Positions 18,888 through 28,451 of a stretch of DNA of 54,929 bases are shown here, piece by piece. A model generated the notes under the pieces. The model was not told where the DNA came from, made no database searches, and saw nothing but the letters and a program-made list of their open reading frames with translations. Source of the stretch: a virus (taxonomy: Duplodnaviria > Caudoviricetes). Made by a program: the position numbers and the translations under genes. Location of the stretch: the IMG/VR virus record IMGVR_UViG_3300029822_001021, positions 1 through 54,929 of that record, one strand, 5' to 3'. The stretch's first letter is position 1; each line of letters opens with the position of its first letter.

Positions 18888-20087
18888 CTACGCTTTCATC
18901 TTAAGTACCTTGATGGCTTCAGAGAGAATCAGCTTGCCGTCCACCCGCTGGGTTGCCTTAAATCCTACCTGACCTGTTGCCGCATAAAGCTCGTTCAGCC
19001 TTTGGAAGGAACGGCCTTGCCGATCAGCAATCCAGTAGTAGCCGAAATCACCGAAAGCGATAGTTTTAGCCCCAGCTGCGATTGCCGGTACATAGGCTGA
19101 GGTCTTGACCGGACGGTTCAAAATCGTATCCGGCTGTCCGGCAGTAATGGAGGGCTGCCACAGATACTGGCCGTTGCCGTCCTTTAACTTTCTGATGGCT
19201 TTGACAGTGGAATCGTTCATCACGAATACGGCGTTTTTGCGGTAAGGGGACTTGAGGCTGTAGAACAGATCCATGATCTCATCCACCGTAATAGCCGTTG
19301 CCGAAGCAGCAGTTACACCCAGTTCCGCTCCGCCGGTAGCATTGAAAATCCCGGTCGGCTTGCCGGTTCCGTTACCGATGAAGAAGGATTCCTCTTCCTT
19401 GGCACCGATTCTGCGGGCAAATTCCCGGGCGATATATGACTCCAGATTAAAGATGCTATCATTTAACAATTCCTCGGATACCTTGATCATGGTCGCAAGT
19501 TTGTAGGCCCCTATGGAAACCTGCCCAAAGGCATCGTCTGATTCCTGAATGGCGCCTTCTTCATCTACCCAGGAAGCAGTTCCTTTGGATGCTACGACCG
19601 GTATTTTACGATCACCGCTGGCGGTTTGGATGATCTTGGCCATGGTGCGGAAGATGTTTTCTTCTTGCAGGGCTTCGACCAGGGTACGCTCGAACTCGTC
19701 CGGCACCAGGTAGCCTCCCTCGGAATCGGTTCCCACCTGCAGCGCGTTTAATACTTCGTATCCCGCTGCCTTGCTGCGCATGGCATTCCAGAAGGCTCGT
19801 TTGTACTCGTCACTGGCCCGGCCGGTTTTATTCTCAGGGTTGGGCTGGCCGGGCTTGCCGGTAATGGGTGTATTGACGGGCTTGTTAAGCTCCGCGTCCA
19901 ATGCCTGCTGACGCTCCAGCCGATCGATTTCTTTGCCGAGATTCACCACATCGGCTTCCATCTTTTCATAGGTGGCAACGTCTTCGGCGGAAAGGAGCCC
20001 GTCAGCGCCGCGTTTGCTGTCCAGAAAGGCTTTTGCGGCATCCCAGGCTTTGGCTCTTTTCTCACGCAGTTCTAAGATTTTGCTCAT
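18888..20087 (-). CDS. Major capsid protein, HK97 family
   Basis: Delta-domain N-terminus, GGYLVP, GNGTGKPTGI, LKDGNGQYLW, FGDF. Confidence 0.95.
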   Translation of the reverse strand: MSKILELREKRAKAWDAAKAFLDSKRGADGLLSAEDVATYEKMEADVVNLGKEIDRLERQQALDAELNKPVNTPITGKPGQPNPENKTGRASDEYKRAFWNAMRSKAAGYEVLNALQVGTDSEGGYLVPDEFERTLVEALQEENIFRTMAKIIQTASGDRKIPVVASKGTASWVDEEGAIQESDDAFGQVSIGAYKLATMIKVSEELLNDSIFNLESYIAREFARRIGAKEEESFFIGNGTGKPTGIFNATGGAELGVTAASATAITVDEIMDLFYSLKSPYRKNAVFVMNDSTVKAIRKLKDGNGQYLWQPSITAGQPDTILNRPVKTSAYVPAIAAGAKTIAFGDFGYYWIADRQGRSFQRLNELYAATGQVGFKATQRVDGKLILSEAIKVLKMKA

Positions 20088-20103
20088 GGTTATTCCTCCC
20101 ATT

Positions 20104-20811
20104 CTAATGTTTTAATAGGCTGAGCCGCTTTTCCAGGTAGCTAAGCGGGGTGCCGGTCGGCGGTTTAGGGTTATTAACCTGGGGCAGCGGAAACTTTTTT
20201 ACCAGCGCGTTGGTGACCGTCATTTTGTCAAAAAGATAAGCCGCACTGGGCGGCTCGTTTAGGTGTTCTTCGGTTGTGTATAAGACTTTGTCGGCAAAGC
20301 CCAGCTCCACTGCTTTCCAGGCATTAAACCAGCTTTCGGCATCCATCATGTGCGATATTTTGGCTCTTGATAAACCGGTTTTCTGCTCGTAGGCATTGAT
20401 GATGCTTTCTTTAACCTCGGACAGCATGGCAATACCGCTTTTAAGGTCAGATATTTCCCCGAATATGACGGTGGCGGGGTTATGGATCATCATCATGGCT
20501 ACCGGAGACATGTGAACCTCGTCTGCCGCCATGGCGATTACCGAAGCCGCACTGGCAGCAAGCCCTTCGATTTTGACGGTGATATGTCCAGGATATTCTT
20601 TTAACATGGTGTAGATTTGACTGGCGGCAAATACATCTCCGCCTGGAGAGTTGAGCATCACCACCACATCCCCATCCTCAGCATAGAGCTCGTTTTTAAA
20701 CTGCTTGGGGGTAATATCGTCCTCGAACCAGCTGTCCTCAGCGATATACCCATCTAAAAAAAGGGTTCGCTCCTGCTCGTTTTTGAGCCAGTTCCAAAAC
20801 TTTCTGCTCAT
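20104..20811 (-). CDS. ClpP-type prohead protease
   Basis: LNSPGG, AASAAS, MMIHNP motifs. Confidence 0.92.
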   Translation of the reverse strand: MSRKFWNWLKNEQERTLFLDGYIAEDSWFEDDITPKQFKNELYAEDGDVVVMLNSPGGDVFAASQIYTMLKEYPGHITVKIEGLAASAASVIAMAADEVHMSPVAMMMIHNPATVIFGEISDLKSGIAMLSEVKESIINAYEQKTGLSRAKISHMMDAESWFNAWKAVELGFADKVLYTTEEHLNEPPSAAYLFDKMTVTNALVKKFPLPQVNNPKPPTGTPLSYLEKRLSLLKH

Positions 20812-22031
20812 TGGCTGACCTCCTTTCTGTTGGTATTGGCATACGCGCCCACATCTTCAAGCTTCAGCATGTTGCCGTTCATGGCATAAATATCGCCATG
20901 CTCGATGGTGTTCATGTTTTCTAAGGTTCTTACATCGTTGGGGCTTAAGAAGCCGTTTTGAATACCTATGGCGTAACCTTGCATCCTCGAGGCATAGTCG
21001 CCCCGCAGTAGTCCGTCCACTACAAAACCCACAAAATACTGGCCTTTTTCGGATGGGCTGAGCAGAGCTTTATTCATTCCTTGCTCGAGCCTTACCAGCC
21101 AGGGCCGGATGGTATGGACTACAAAACTGATAGATTGATGCTCGATGTTGCTGAAAGTGGCTTTGTCCAAATTAGCCACCAGATGGGGCGGTACCCGAAA
21201 GATTCTACATATCTCCTCGGTCTGAAACTTCCTGGTTTCAAGAAACTGTGCCTGTTCCGGCGGTATACCGATGGCTTGGAACTTCATACCTTCTTCCAGA
21301 ACCGCTATCCGATGGGCGTTGCCGCTGCCCTGGTAGACCGCGTTCCAGCTTTCCCGGATTCGGGCCGGGTCTTTGACTACCCCGGGATGCTCTAAAACTC
21401 CGCCTGGACTGGCTCCATTGGCAAAGAATTTACCCCCGTATTCTTCGGTGGCGATTGCCATGCCGATGGCGTTCTTGGCCATAGCGATAGGAGAGTAGCC
21501 CACCAATCCGTCAAAACCAAGCCCGGGAATGTGCAGGATATCTTCTGGCCTTAAGATTACATACCCACTGTCCTTGCGGTATTCGTAATAGAGATGTCCC
21601 TCAGTTGTCCGATCCACTGTCATGCGGTCGGGCAGCAGGGGATAGAGGGCCAGTACCTTGCCCCGCCCGTCTCGGATAATTTGAGCATAGGCGTTGCCCC
21701 ATAATAAAAGATGACTCATCAGTGTTTCCCGAAACACAAATGAAGTCATCTCCGGATTAGGCTCATCATGGAGCAGATAATATAGCTGGTGGTCTATGGC
21801 TTTCTCCTTGCCGTTGTCTGTAGACCGGTAAACATTGAGCGGCAAGCTGGCTATGGTTTCCGCCAGGATGCGAACGCAGGCATATACCGCGGTGGTCTGC
21901 ATGGCAGTTCTTTCATTGACGGTTTTGCCGCTGGCGGTTCCGCCGAAGAAAAAGCTATATGTGCTGCCATACAGACGATTTTTAGGACTGGCTCGGGGCT
22001 TTAATAATCTTGATAATACGGGTATTTTCAT
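20808..22031 (-). CDS. Portal protein, HK97 family
   Basis: VYACVRILAETIASLP, LWGNAY, FRVPPHLV, FSNIEHQ. Confidence 0.95.
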   Translation of the reverse strand: MKIPVLSRLLKPRASPKNRLYGSTYSFFFGGTASGKTVNERTAMQTTAVYACVRILAETIASLPLNVYRSTDNGKEKAIDHQLYYLLHDEPNPEMTSFVFRETLMSHLLLWGNAYAQIIRDGRGKVLALYPLLPDRMTVDRTTEGHLYYEYRKDSGYVILRPEDILHIPGLGFDGLVGYSPIAMAKNAIGMAIATEEYGGKFFANGASPGGVLEHPGVVKDPARIRESWNAVYQGSGNAHRIAVLEEGMKFQAIGIPPEQAQFLETRKFQTEEICRIFRVPPHLVANLDKATFSNIEHQSISFVVHTIRPWLVRLEQGMNKALLSPSEKGQYFVGFVVDGLLRGDYASRMQGYAIGIQNGFLSPNDVRTLENMNTIEHGDIYAMNGNMLKLEDVGAYANTNRKEVSQ

Positions 22032-22057
22032 AAAACGCCCTCCTTAAAATGGGCATG

Positions 22058-22086
22058 AAAAAAGACAACTCCGAAGAATTGCCTTT
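22058..22086 (-). terminator. Terminator of the moron gene
   Basis: AAGGCAATT/AGTTGTCTT stem then T run. Confidence 0.6.
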
Positions 22087-22113
22087 GTAAGTATTGTTTT
22101 AGCAGTTGTTTTA

Positions 22114-23085
22114 TTACCGGGAATAGATTCCCTTGGCTTTCAAATCAGCATAATTAAAAAACAAAGTCCCGCTTTCTTTTTTCATACGAATACCATTGAA
22201 AGTGCCTGTTGCATCAGTTGCATTAATAAATTTATCGGTCATTTCATCAACACAGTATATGATTTTATCTCCAGATATTCCTTGCTCATAAAAAGCATAA
22301 ATATATGAATATCCTGGAATATCACTCCGCTTTCCTGCAATGCCAAACTCTGCTAACTGGCTATCTTGAACTAAAATATAGTCAAAAGTAATTCCTGAAA
22401 CCCATTCGATCTGACTCTCATCAAATTCAGCTAAGTCATATCGGCTTGCTTGAGGATATATTGCCGTGTTGAGATCGTTACCGTAATAATGAACCTGTAC
22501 ATTTGTCATCATTTTCACATAGTCTGGGGTAGCATAATACTGACCTTGATAATAGATAACATTACCTTTCAATATATTTTCAAGAAGCGTTGAAAGGCTG
22601 GATGTGCTATATGGTACAAATTCGTTTGCGTCGTAGTTAAAAGTATATGCGTTAACCGTATTGGTGTCGCCTGCCCATTCAACCGTATAACCTGCATTTT
22701 CCAAGACCGCCCGGATAGGAAGGTAAGTTCGGCCATTTTTAACAACAGCTACTGTATCGTTTTCTGTAAGCTGATTGTTTGTATAAATTTTATTTGTTCC
22801 AATCGGCACTTCTATTCGGTTATGCTCGGTTATCACAATAGCAGTACGTGCATTCGTATCATAACCGACAACGAATCCAGCAGACTCCATTGTTACACGA
22901 AGCGGAACCATCGTTCTGTTATTCTCATCCACAAACGGGTAACCGGAATCATTTGTAAATTTAACTGCTTTACCATTAAGTAAAATATTAATGCCGCTAT
23001 TACTTGCTGCGCTAGCCGGGACAGTAAATATAAAGAAGCAACATCCAATGAATACCAACGTAGTTATTAATAAGCTTTTTCTCAT
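22114..23085 (-). CDS. Secreted copper-amine-oxidase N-terminal (stalk) domain protein; moron
   Basis: Signal peptide ending ASA; RTMVPLR and GRTYLPIRAV repeats; AT-richer than flanks. Confidence 0.8.
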   Translation of the reverse strand: MRKSLLITTLVFIGCCFFIFTVPASAASNSGINILLNGKAVKFTNDSGYPFVDENNRTMVPLRVTMESAGFVVGYDTNARTAIVITEHNRIEVPIGTNKIYTNNQLTENDTVAVVKNGRTYLPIRAVLENAGYTVEWAGDTNTVNAYTFNYDANEFVPYSTSSLSTLLENILKGNVIYYQGQYYATPDYVKMMTNVQVHYYGNDLNTAIYPQASRYDLAEFDESQIEWVSGITFDYILVQDSQLAEFGIAGKRSDIPGYSYIYAFYEQGISGDKIIYCVDEMTDKFINATDATGTFNGIRMKKESGTLFFNYADLKAKGIYSR

Positions 23086-23176
23086 ATCATCACCCTCCTT
23101 ATGACACTAGAGTAACAGAAATTTATTACAAAAGCTAAACAATGTTGGATTTATGGCATAGATATAGATCAGGTAA

Positions 23177-24778
23177 CTATAAGAATAAAAGTCCTCTGAC
23201 ATCATAAACCGAAGAACCGGCATTTCCTCCACATCGTATTGCTCTATCCAGTGCCATAATAGTTGCCACTGCACCGTCAATCCTCTCTGTAGACTTTTCC
23301 TTGTCCGGTTTAATGTTTCCGGCCGGGTCTGTGCGGATAAAAATGTTATCCATCATCCAGCGCAGAACCGGATGGCCGCTATGGGCGATCTTTTCTTCCA
23401 GGGTCAGTTTCATTAGTTCCTTGGTAGGAGGGGACATATCCTTAAAACCCTGGCCAAACGGCACCACTGTAAAACCAAGCCCTTCCAAGTTCTGTGTCAT
23501 TTGGACCGCGCCCCAGCGGTCAAAGGCAATCTCACGGATGTTATACTGGGTCCCAAGTTCCTCGATGAAGCTTTCGATGAATCCGTAATGTACCACATTG
23601 CCTTCGGTGGTTTTAAGATACTCCTGCTTTTGCCACAGGTCATAGTTTACGTGATCGCGCCGAACACGCAGGTCGAGGTTTTCTTCCGGTATCCAGAAGT
23701 AGGGGAGAATATGAAATTTATCGTCCTCATCAACCGGCGGAAAAACCAGCACAAAAGCTGTTATATCGGTAGTGCTGGACAAGTCCAACCCGCCATAGCA
23801 CACCCGGCCTTTTAGTTCTTCCGTGTCAACCTTGAAAGCGCATTTGTCCCATTTCTCCATGGGCATCCAGCGTACTGCCTGTTTGACCCATTGGTTGAGC
23901 CTAAGCTGCCGGAAGCTGTTTTCTTCAGCAGGGTTTTGTTTTGCGCTTTCACAGGCAGCTTTAATCTTGTCGATACTTACGGTTATACCCAGCGACGGAT
24001 TAACTTTTTTCCACACTTTAGGGTCAGTCCAGTCGTCATCTTCCTCCGCTCCATAGATTACAGGATAAAACGTCGCATCATGCTTACGACCAGCCAGCAG
24101 GTCTTTGGCTTTTTGATGCACCTCATAGCAAATACTGTTGACGTTATCGCCCGCTGTCGTGATGAGGAAGTAAAGCGGCTGCATCCTTGCATCTCCGGAG
24201 CCTTTGGTCATGACGTCAAACAATTTCCGATTAGGCTGGGTATGCAGCTCGTCAAACACCACGCCGTGGATGTTGAAACCATGCTTCGAATAGGCTTCAG
24301 CCGACAGCACTTGATAAAAGCTATTGGTCGGCAGGTAAATAAGCCGCTTGGTGGAGGCCAGGATCTTAACACGTTTGTTCAGTGCGGGACACATCCGCAC
24401 CATGTCGGCGGCGACCTCGAACACAATAGATGCCTGCTGGCGGTCGGCAGCACAGCCATAAACCTCAGCACGCTCCTCGTTGTCCCCGCAGGTAAGAAGC
24501 AGAGCGATGGCGGCTGCCAATTCAGACTTGCCCATTTTCTTTGGAATTTCCACATAAGCCGTATTGAATTGCCTATAGCCATTGGGTTTCAGTATCCCAA
24601 AAATATCGCGTATAATCTGTTCCTGCCAGTCGATAAGTTCAAAGGGCTTGCCAGCCCAGGAGCCTTTGGTGTGGCACAGGGCTTGGATGAACGCCACAGC
24701 ATAGTCGGCGGCGTCTTTACTGTATTTTGAATCCGGTGCCATAAACTGTGTTGGTTTATATTTCTTGAGTCTACGTAT
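23177..24778 (-). CDS. terL: Terminase large subunit
   Basis: PKKMGKS Walker A, VFDELH Walker B, GLDLSST and IDGAVA nuclease motifs; start uncertain (ATA at 24778 has the RBS). Confidence 0.95.
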   Translation of the reverse strand: MRRLKKYKPTQFMAPDSKYSKDAADYAVAFIQALCHTKGSWAGKPFELIDWQEQIIRDIFGILKPNGYRQFNTAYVEIPKKMGKSELAAAIALLLTCGDNEERAEVYGCAADRQQASIVFEVAADMVRMCPALNKRVKILASTKRLIYLPTNSFYQVLSAEAYSKHGFNIHGVVFDELHTQPNRKLFDVMTKGSGDARMQPLYFLITTAGDNVNSICYEVHQKAKDLLAGRKHDATFYPVIYGAEEDDDWTDPKVWKKVNPSLGITVSIDKIKAACESAKQNPAEENSFRQLRLNQWVKQAVRWMPMEKWDKCAFKVDTEELKGRVCYGGLDLSSTTDITAFVLVFPPVDEDDKFHILPYFWIPEENLDLRVRRDHVNYDLWQKQEYLKTTEGNVVHYGFIESFIEELGTQYNIREIAFDRWGAVQMTQNLEGLGFTVVPFGQGFKDMSPPTKELMKLTLEEKIAHSGHPVLRWMMDNIFIRTDPAGNIKPDKEKSTERIDGAVATIMALDRAIRCGGNAGSSVYDVRGLLFL

Positions 24779-24806
24779 GATTGCCGCCTCCTTTCTTAAA
24801 GCGAAC

Positions 24807-24835
24807 AAAAGAAAAGAGCCTCATAAGAAGCTCTG
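24807..24835 (-). terminator. Terminator-like hairpin upstream of terL
   Basis: AGAGCTT/AGGCTCT stem then TTTCTTTT. Confidence 0.55.
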
Positions 24836-24861
24836 TTAACCGTATATTTATTAGTCTTCAG

Positions 24862-25050
24862 TTATTTGTTCTCATCTTCTTCACCCGTCAAGATAAAGCG
24901 AACGTACTCGGTCTTATAGTCATTAAGATAGTTAACCAGTTCGTGAAAGCCTCGGATGTTTGCTTCCTGACTAACGCGGGGGATGTCGAACATATTCGTG
25001 ACGCCGCTTTCCCTGATGGCCAAAATCTGCATCCGTATGGTCTCATTCAT
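24862..25050 (-). CDS. DUF5049-like small protein
   Basis: QILAIRESGVTNMFD...YVRFILTG motif. Confidence 0.75.
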   Translation of the reverse strand: MNETIRMQILAIRESGVTNMFDIPRVSQEANIRGFHELVNYLNDYKTEYVRFILTGEEDENK

Positions 25051-25322
25051 TTTGCTTTCTCCATTTCTGCTGACTTAGAGGCTGCCCGGCGCAGAGTATC
25101 ATCGAGTTTTCTTATCTCATCCTCGCCAAATACTACCCCCAGCCCGCTACCGGAGTCCCAGTTGACAAATACGGTGCCGGTATCGTCTATAAATGATACT
25201 GTGCCTTGGTCGCCAGGTTTCAGCCTGGTGTACGGGTCCTCCATACGGACCAATTCGACCCGCGTACCCGGGGAAAAATATGACCTTAGCGCCTTTAACA
25301 TTTCAGGATGAATCTGCTTCAT
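25047..25322 (-). CDS. DUF4314-like small protein
   Basis: GTRVELVRMEDPY...IDDTG...WDSGSGL motif. Confidence 0.8.
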   Translation of the reverse strand: MKQIHPEMLKALRSYFSPGTRVELVRMEDPYTRLKPGDQGTVSFIDDTGTVFVNWDSGSGLGVVFGEDEIRKLDDTLRRAASKSAEMEKAK

Positions 25323-25978
25323 GCTTTAGTATCCTCCTCCGAATTGCGCTGGCCATTTTTGAAAGCAGCGCTGCCGGTTAACCTGGAGAGCAGAATTTTT
25401 CGTTCCGTTTTGTATTCCGGCCCGATAAATCCTAGGCGCAGCAGGAAGCAGCGAAAAGCGTATTTTTCGTTATCATAAGCCTTTTCAGTGGCGGTTACCC
25501 GATGCTGGTTCTTGGCTATGGCGCAGAGCGCACCGATGAAGCGGGCATAGGCGTTGACTTCTTCCGCCGCAAGGCTTCTGGAGAACCAAGGGAAACGCAG
25601 CCTGTCCTCGGTCAGTTCAATTGGCAACCTGTCTGTGTCCAGGGCTTTCTTAATAAGAGTTTCCTTGCTCTTAACCAGCCGCTCCAGATTGGCAATGGCG
25701 GCTTCGGTAAAACCTTCCCTGGGCATCTCAATAACCAGTTCGCTCGGCGCTTCAAATTGAAATCCGCGTTGGTCAAGCTCGTCTAATAGTTGCTCAAGAT
25801 CTTCCTCACTGTTGTTTTCACTGGCGCTGAGGGTGCCTTCTTTGTTGACGGTAAATCCGCCGATGACATAAGCAAATGTGGGAACGCCTTTGTATTCCGG
25901 TGCAGTATTCAGGATTTCGCTGATCACCTGAACCAGTTCTTTACGCCTAGCGCCGGTAACGTTAAACTTAAATTCCAT
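25319..25978 (-). CDS. Conserved prophage protein (commonly annotated virulence-related protein)
   Basis: RKELV...YKGVPTFAY and NEKYAFRCFLLRLGFIG motifs. Confidence 0.75.
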   Translation of the reverse strand: MEFKFNVTGARRKELVQVISEILNTAPEYKGVPTFAYVIGGFTVNKEGTLSASENNSEEDLEQLLDELDQRGFQFEAPSELVIEMPREGFTEAAIANLERLVKSKETLIKKALDTDRLPIELTEDRLRFPWFSRSLAAEEVNAYARFIGALCAIAKNQHRVTATEKAYDNEKYAFRCFLLRLGFIGPEYKTERKILLSRLTGSAAFKNGQRNSEEDTKA

Positions 25979-26014
25979 GAGATCGACCACCTTTCGTTTT
26001 GGTAGTCATATACA

Positions 26015-26040
26015 TCACTCTTAAGCTGTGGAATAGCAAG
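26015..26040 (-). promoter_or_regulatory. Promoter-like motif CTTGC-N15-GAGTGA
   Basis: Matches 6122-6147; followed by CGAAAGGTGGTC RBS. Confidence 0.5.
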
Positions 26041-26043
26041 CCT

Positions 26044-27279
26044 TTATACCAGTTTTGGTACACTGTTAAAGGGTATTTTCTGACCATCGCGCATAAGAAA
26101 AACATCAATGTCGGAACCCTTAAACTCAATGTACCTATTCACAATAACATCGCAGAACTTCTCGTCCAGTTCCACAGTGTGACAAATCCGGCCAGTTTGC
26201 TCACAGGCGATCAGGGTACTGCCCGAACCGCCGAACGGATCAAGAACGATACAGCCCATCATGCTGGAGTTGAGTATCGGGTAAGCTACCAGCGGCACGG
26301 GCTTCATGGTCGGGTGGTCAGTATTCTTCCTGGGCTTGTCAAACTCCCAGATAGTAGACTGTTTACGATCGGAGTACCAGGCGTGTTTTCCCGCTTTCTT
26401 CCAGCCAAACAGGATCGGCTCGTGCTGCCACTGATAAGGCGAGCGCCCCAGTACCAGCGACTGCTTTTTCCAGATACACGTTCCCGAGAGATAGAATCCC
26501 GCTTCTAAAAAAGCTTTGCGGAAATTTAGTCCCTCGGTATCGGCGTGGAACACATAGATACTTGCGTCCTGGGCCATCGCCTTTTCGGTCAGTGTGAAAG
26601 CTTCCAGCAGAAACTGATAGAACTTTTGGTCTGCCATGTTGTCGTTTTTAATTTTGCCCGCTGTACCCTCATAGTTGACGTTATAGGGAGGGTCTGTCAC
26701 CACCAGGTTGGCAAGTTTACCGTCCATAAGCAGGGAAAAGGTCTCCGCTTTGGTACTGTCACCGCAGGCCAAGCGGTGCGGTCCCAGCAACCAGAGGTCA
26801 CCCGCCTTAGTTATGGCGGGCTTGGCCAGTTCGCCTTCTACATCAAAGTCATCTTCTTTAACGTCCTCGGCAACGCTCAGTAGTTTGTTCAGTTCCGCAT
26901 CGTTAAAGCCGAGAAGAGATACGTCAAAATCGGCCGCCTGCAAATCAGCAAGCTCTACCGAGAGCATCTCCGCGTCCCAGCCAGCGTTCAGGGCGAGACG
27001 GTTGTCAGCTATAATGTAGGCCCGCTTCTGGGGTTCGGTCAGGTGTTCCGCAAATACGCAAGGTACTTCAGTAATACCTTCCTCCTTGGCAGCGAGGATG
27101 CGCCCGTGTCCCGCAATGACGTTGAGGTCTTTGTCTACGATGACCGGGTTGACGAAGCCAAACTCCCTTAGTGATGCTCGAAGCTGAAGTATTTGCTCCT
27201 TGCTATGGGTGCGGGCATTACGAACATAAGGTACTAACCGGTCAATATTTACTTTTTCAAAACGCTCGGTTGTGTTCAT
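26044..27279 (-). CDS. ParB-like domain fused to N4/N6 DNA methyltransferase
   Basis: NARTH and IAGHGR ParB motifs; TDPPY, HPTMKP, DPFGGSG MTase motifs. Confidence 0.92.
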   Translation of the reverse strand: MNTTERFEKVNIDRLVPYVRNARTHSKEQILQLRASLREFGFVNPVIVDKDLNVIAGHGRILAAKEEGITEVPCVFAEHLTEPQKRAYIIADNRLALNAGWDAEMLSVELADLQAADFDVSLLGFNDAELNKLLSVAEDVKEDDFDVEGELAKPAITKAGDLWLLGPHRLACGDSTKAETFSLLMDGKLANLVVTDPPYNVNYEGTAGKIKNDNMADQKFYQFLLEAFTLTEKAMAQDASIYVFHADTEGLNFRKAFLEAGFYLSGTCIWKKQSLVLGRSPYQWQHEPILFGWKKAGKHAWYSDRKQSTIWEFDKPRKNTDHPTMKPVPLVAYPILNSSMMGCIVLDPFGGSGSTLIACEQTGRICHTVELDEKFCDVIVNRYIEFKGSDIDVFLMRDGQKIPFNSVPKLV

Positions 27280-27285
27280 CTATTC

Positions 27286-27864
27286 CTACCGTCCTTTCCT
27301 GCCTGACAGCAGGGCTTCCATAATATCATCCTGCGGGTTGCCGACGAAGGCTGTAATGCAATTCTGTTTTACAATGTCAAAAATCTCGTACCAGATGAGG
27401 TTGGCCTGCTTCTGAAAGGATTGGCTCATCTGTACGAAGGGGCTGGCTATAGCGCCGCCCGTGGTCGGATGTTTGCCCAAAAGCCCATAGGTGCTGATGG
27501 CTTCCTCACACTGGATGTAGCGAGTGAAAGCCTGGGCATAGGCTTCAATCAATCTTGGGTTAACGAATTTCTCACACCCGCGCTCTTTAAGCCATTTCCA
27601 AGTTTCTCTGAACAGATCGTCAGCGCCCAGCGGCTTACCATCTCTCTGTCTCGCGCTGAGGTAATCGCTGGGCGTTGGCATATCTTCTCCGTATAAATCG
27701 GTCGCATCGTCAAGGTCTTCCGCTTCAAGCATCGACTCGGGATGCAGTTCCGGGGCTGCTAAAACTTTTGCGGCCTTTCCGGCCGAGATTTTGTCAGCCA
27801 GGGGCTGCGGCTTGTCACCGGCGCGAACCCGACGGCCGCCCCTATTGGTTCCGTCTTTTGCCAC
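27286..27864 (-). CDS. terS: Terminase small subunit (P27-like)
   Basis: GTNRGGRR N-terminus; KHPTTG...ASPFV; position after HNH gene. Confidence 0.8.
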   Translation of the reverse strand: MAKDGTNRGGRRVRAGDKPQPLADKISAGKAAKVLAAPELHPESMLEAEDLDDATDLYGEDMPTPSDYLSARQRDGKPLGADDLFRETWKWLKERGCEKFVNPRLIEAYAQAFTRYIQCEEAISTYGLLGKHPTTGGAIASPFVQMSQSFQKQANLIWYEIFDIVKQNCITAFVGNPQDDIMEALLSGRKGR

Positions 27865-27995
27865 AAGCCTTCACCTCCTTGCTGTGGCAGGGTTTAATCC
27901 CCCGTTTGAACCGTGATTTTTACGCGCGAAGGGGGCCGCCCGTTCTCCGGGGTAGAGTTGTAGAGATTTAGATCCCCCTGGGGTTGACATGAAAC

Positions 27996-28352
27996 TCATT
28001 TCCTCCAACGACCGCCTTCGCGGGCAGTGATCTCGGAGTGACAAGACGTACACAAACTCATGAGGTTATCCACATCATTGGTGCCTCCCTGGGACAGCGG
28101 CTTGATGTGGTGTACCTCCTGGGCCGGGGTGACCCGCCCGAGACTTGCGCACTTCTCGCAGAGAGGGTGTGCGGCAATGTACCGGTCGCGGATTCGTTTC
28201 CAAGTCCTGTTGTAGCGTTTCTTTACGATCGGGTCACGCTGGTACTTTTCATATTGTTTGTCGGTTAGCTTTTGATGTTCTTCGCAAAACCTGTCGTGTG
28301 TCAGTTTTGGACAGCCAGGGTAAGAACACGGCCGTTTGGGTTTAAAGGGCAT
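27996..28352 (-). CDS. Terminase-associated HNH endonuclease
   Basis: CEKC...VHHIKP...NLMSLCTSCH. Confidence 0.92.
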   Translation of the reverse strand: MPFKPKRPCSYPGCPKLTHDRFCEEHQKLTDKQYEKYQRDPIVKKRYNRTWKRIRDRYIAAHPLCEKCASLGRVTPAQEVHHIKPLSQGGTNDVDNLMSLCTSCHSEITAREGGRWRK

Positions 28353-28378
28353 TAAACTTCACCTCGTTAAAGGCATAC

Positions 28379-28410
28379 AAAAAGCCCCCGCAAAGCAACC
28401 TGCGGAGGCC
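28379..28410 (-). terminator. Terminator-like hairpin at the start of the late operon
   Basis: GGCCTCCGCA/TGCGGGGGC stem then TTTTTG. Confidence 0.65.
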
Positions 28411-28451
28411 TAATGATTTAAGCAATTTTCTATTTTAATTATGGAACAGAC

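Noticed and set aside
23891-24730. 279-aa plus-strand ORF
   Set aside because: Antisense shadow of terL with no motifs; the same applies to 31098-31706 and 37502-38182
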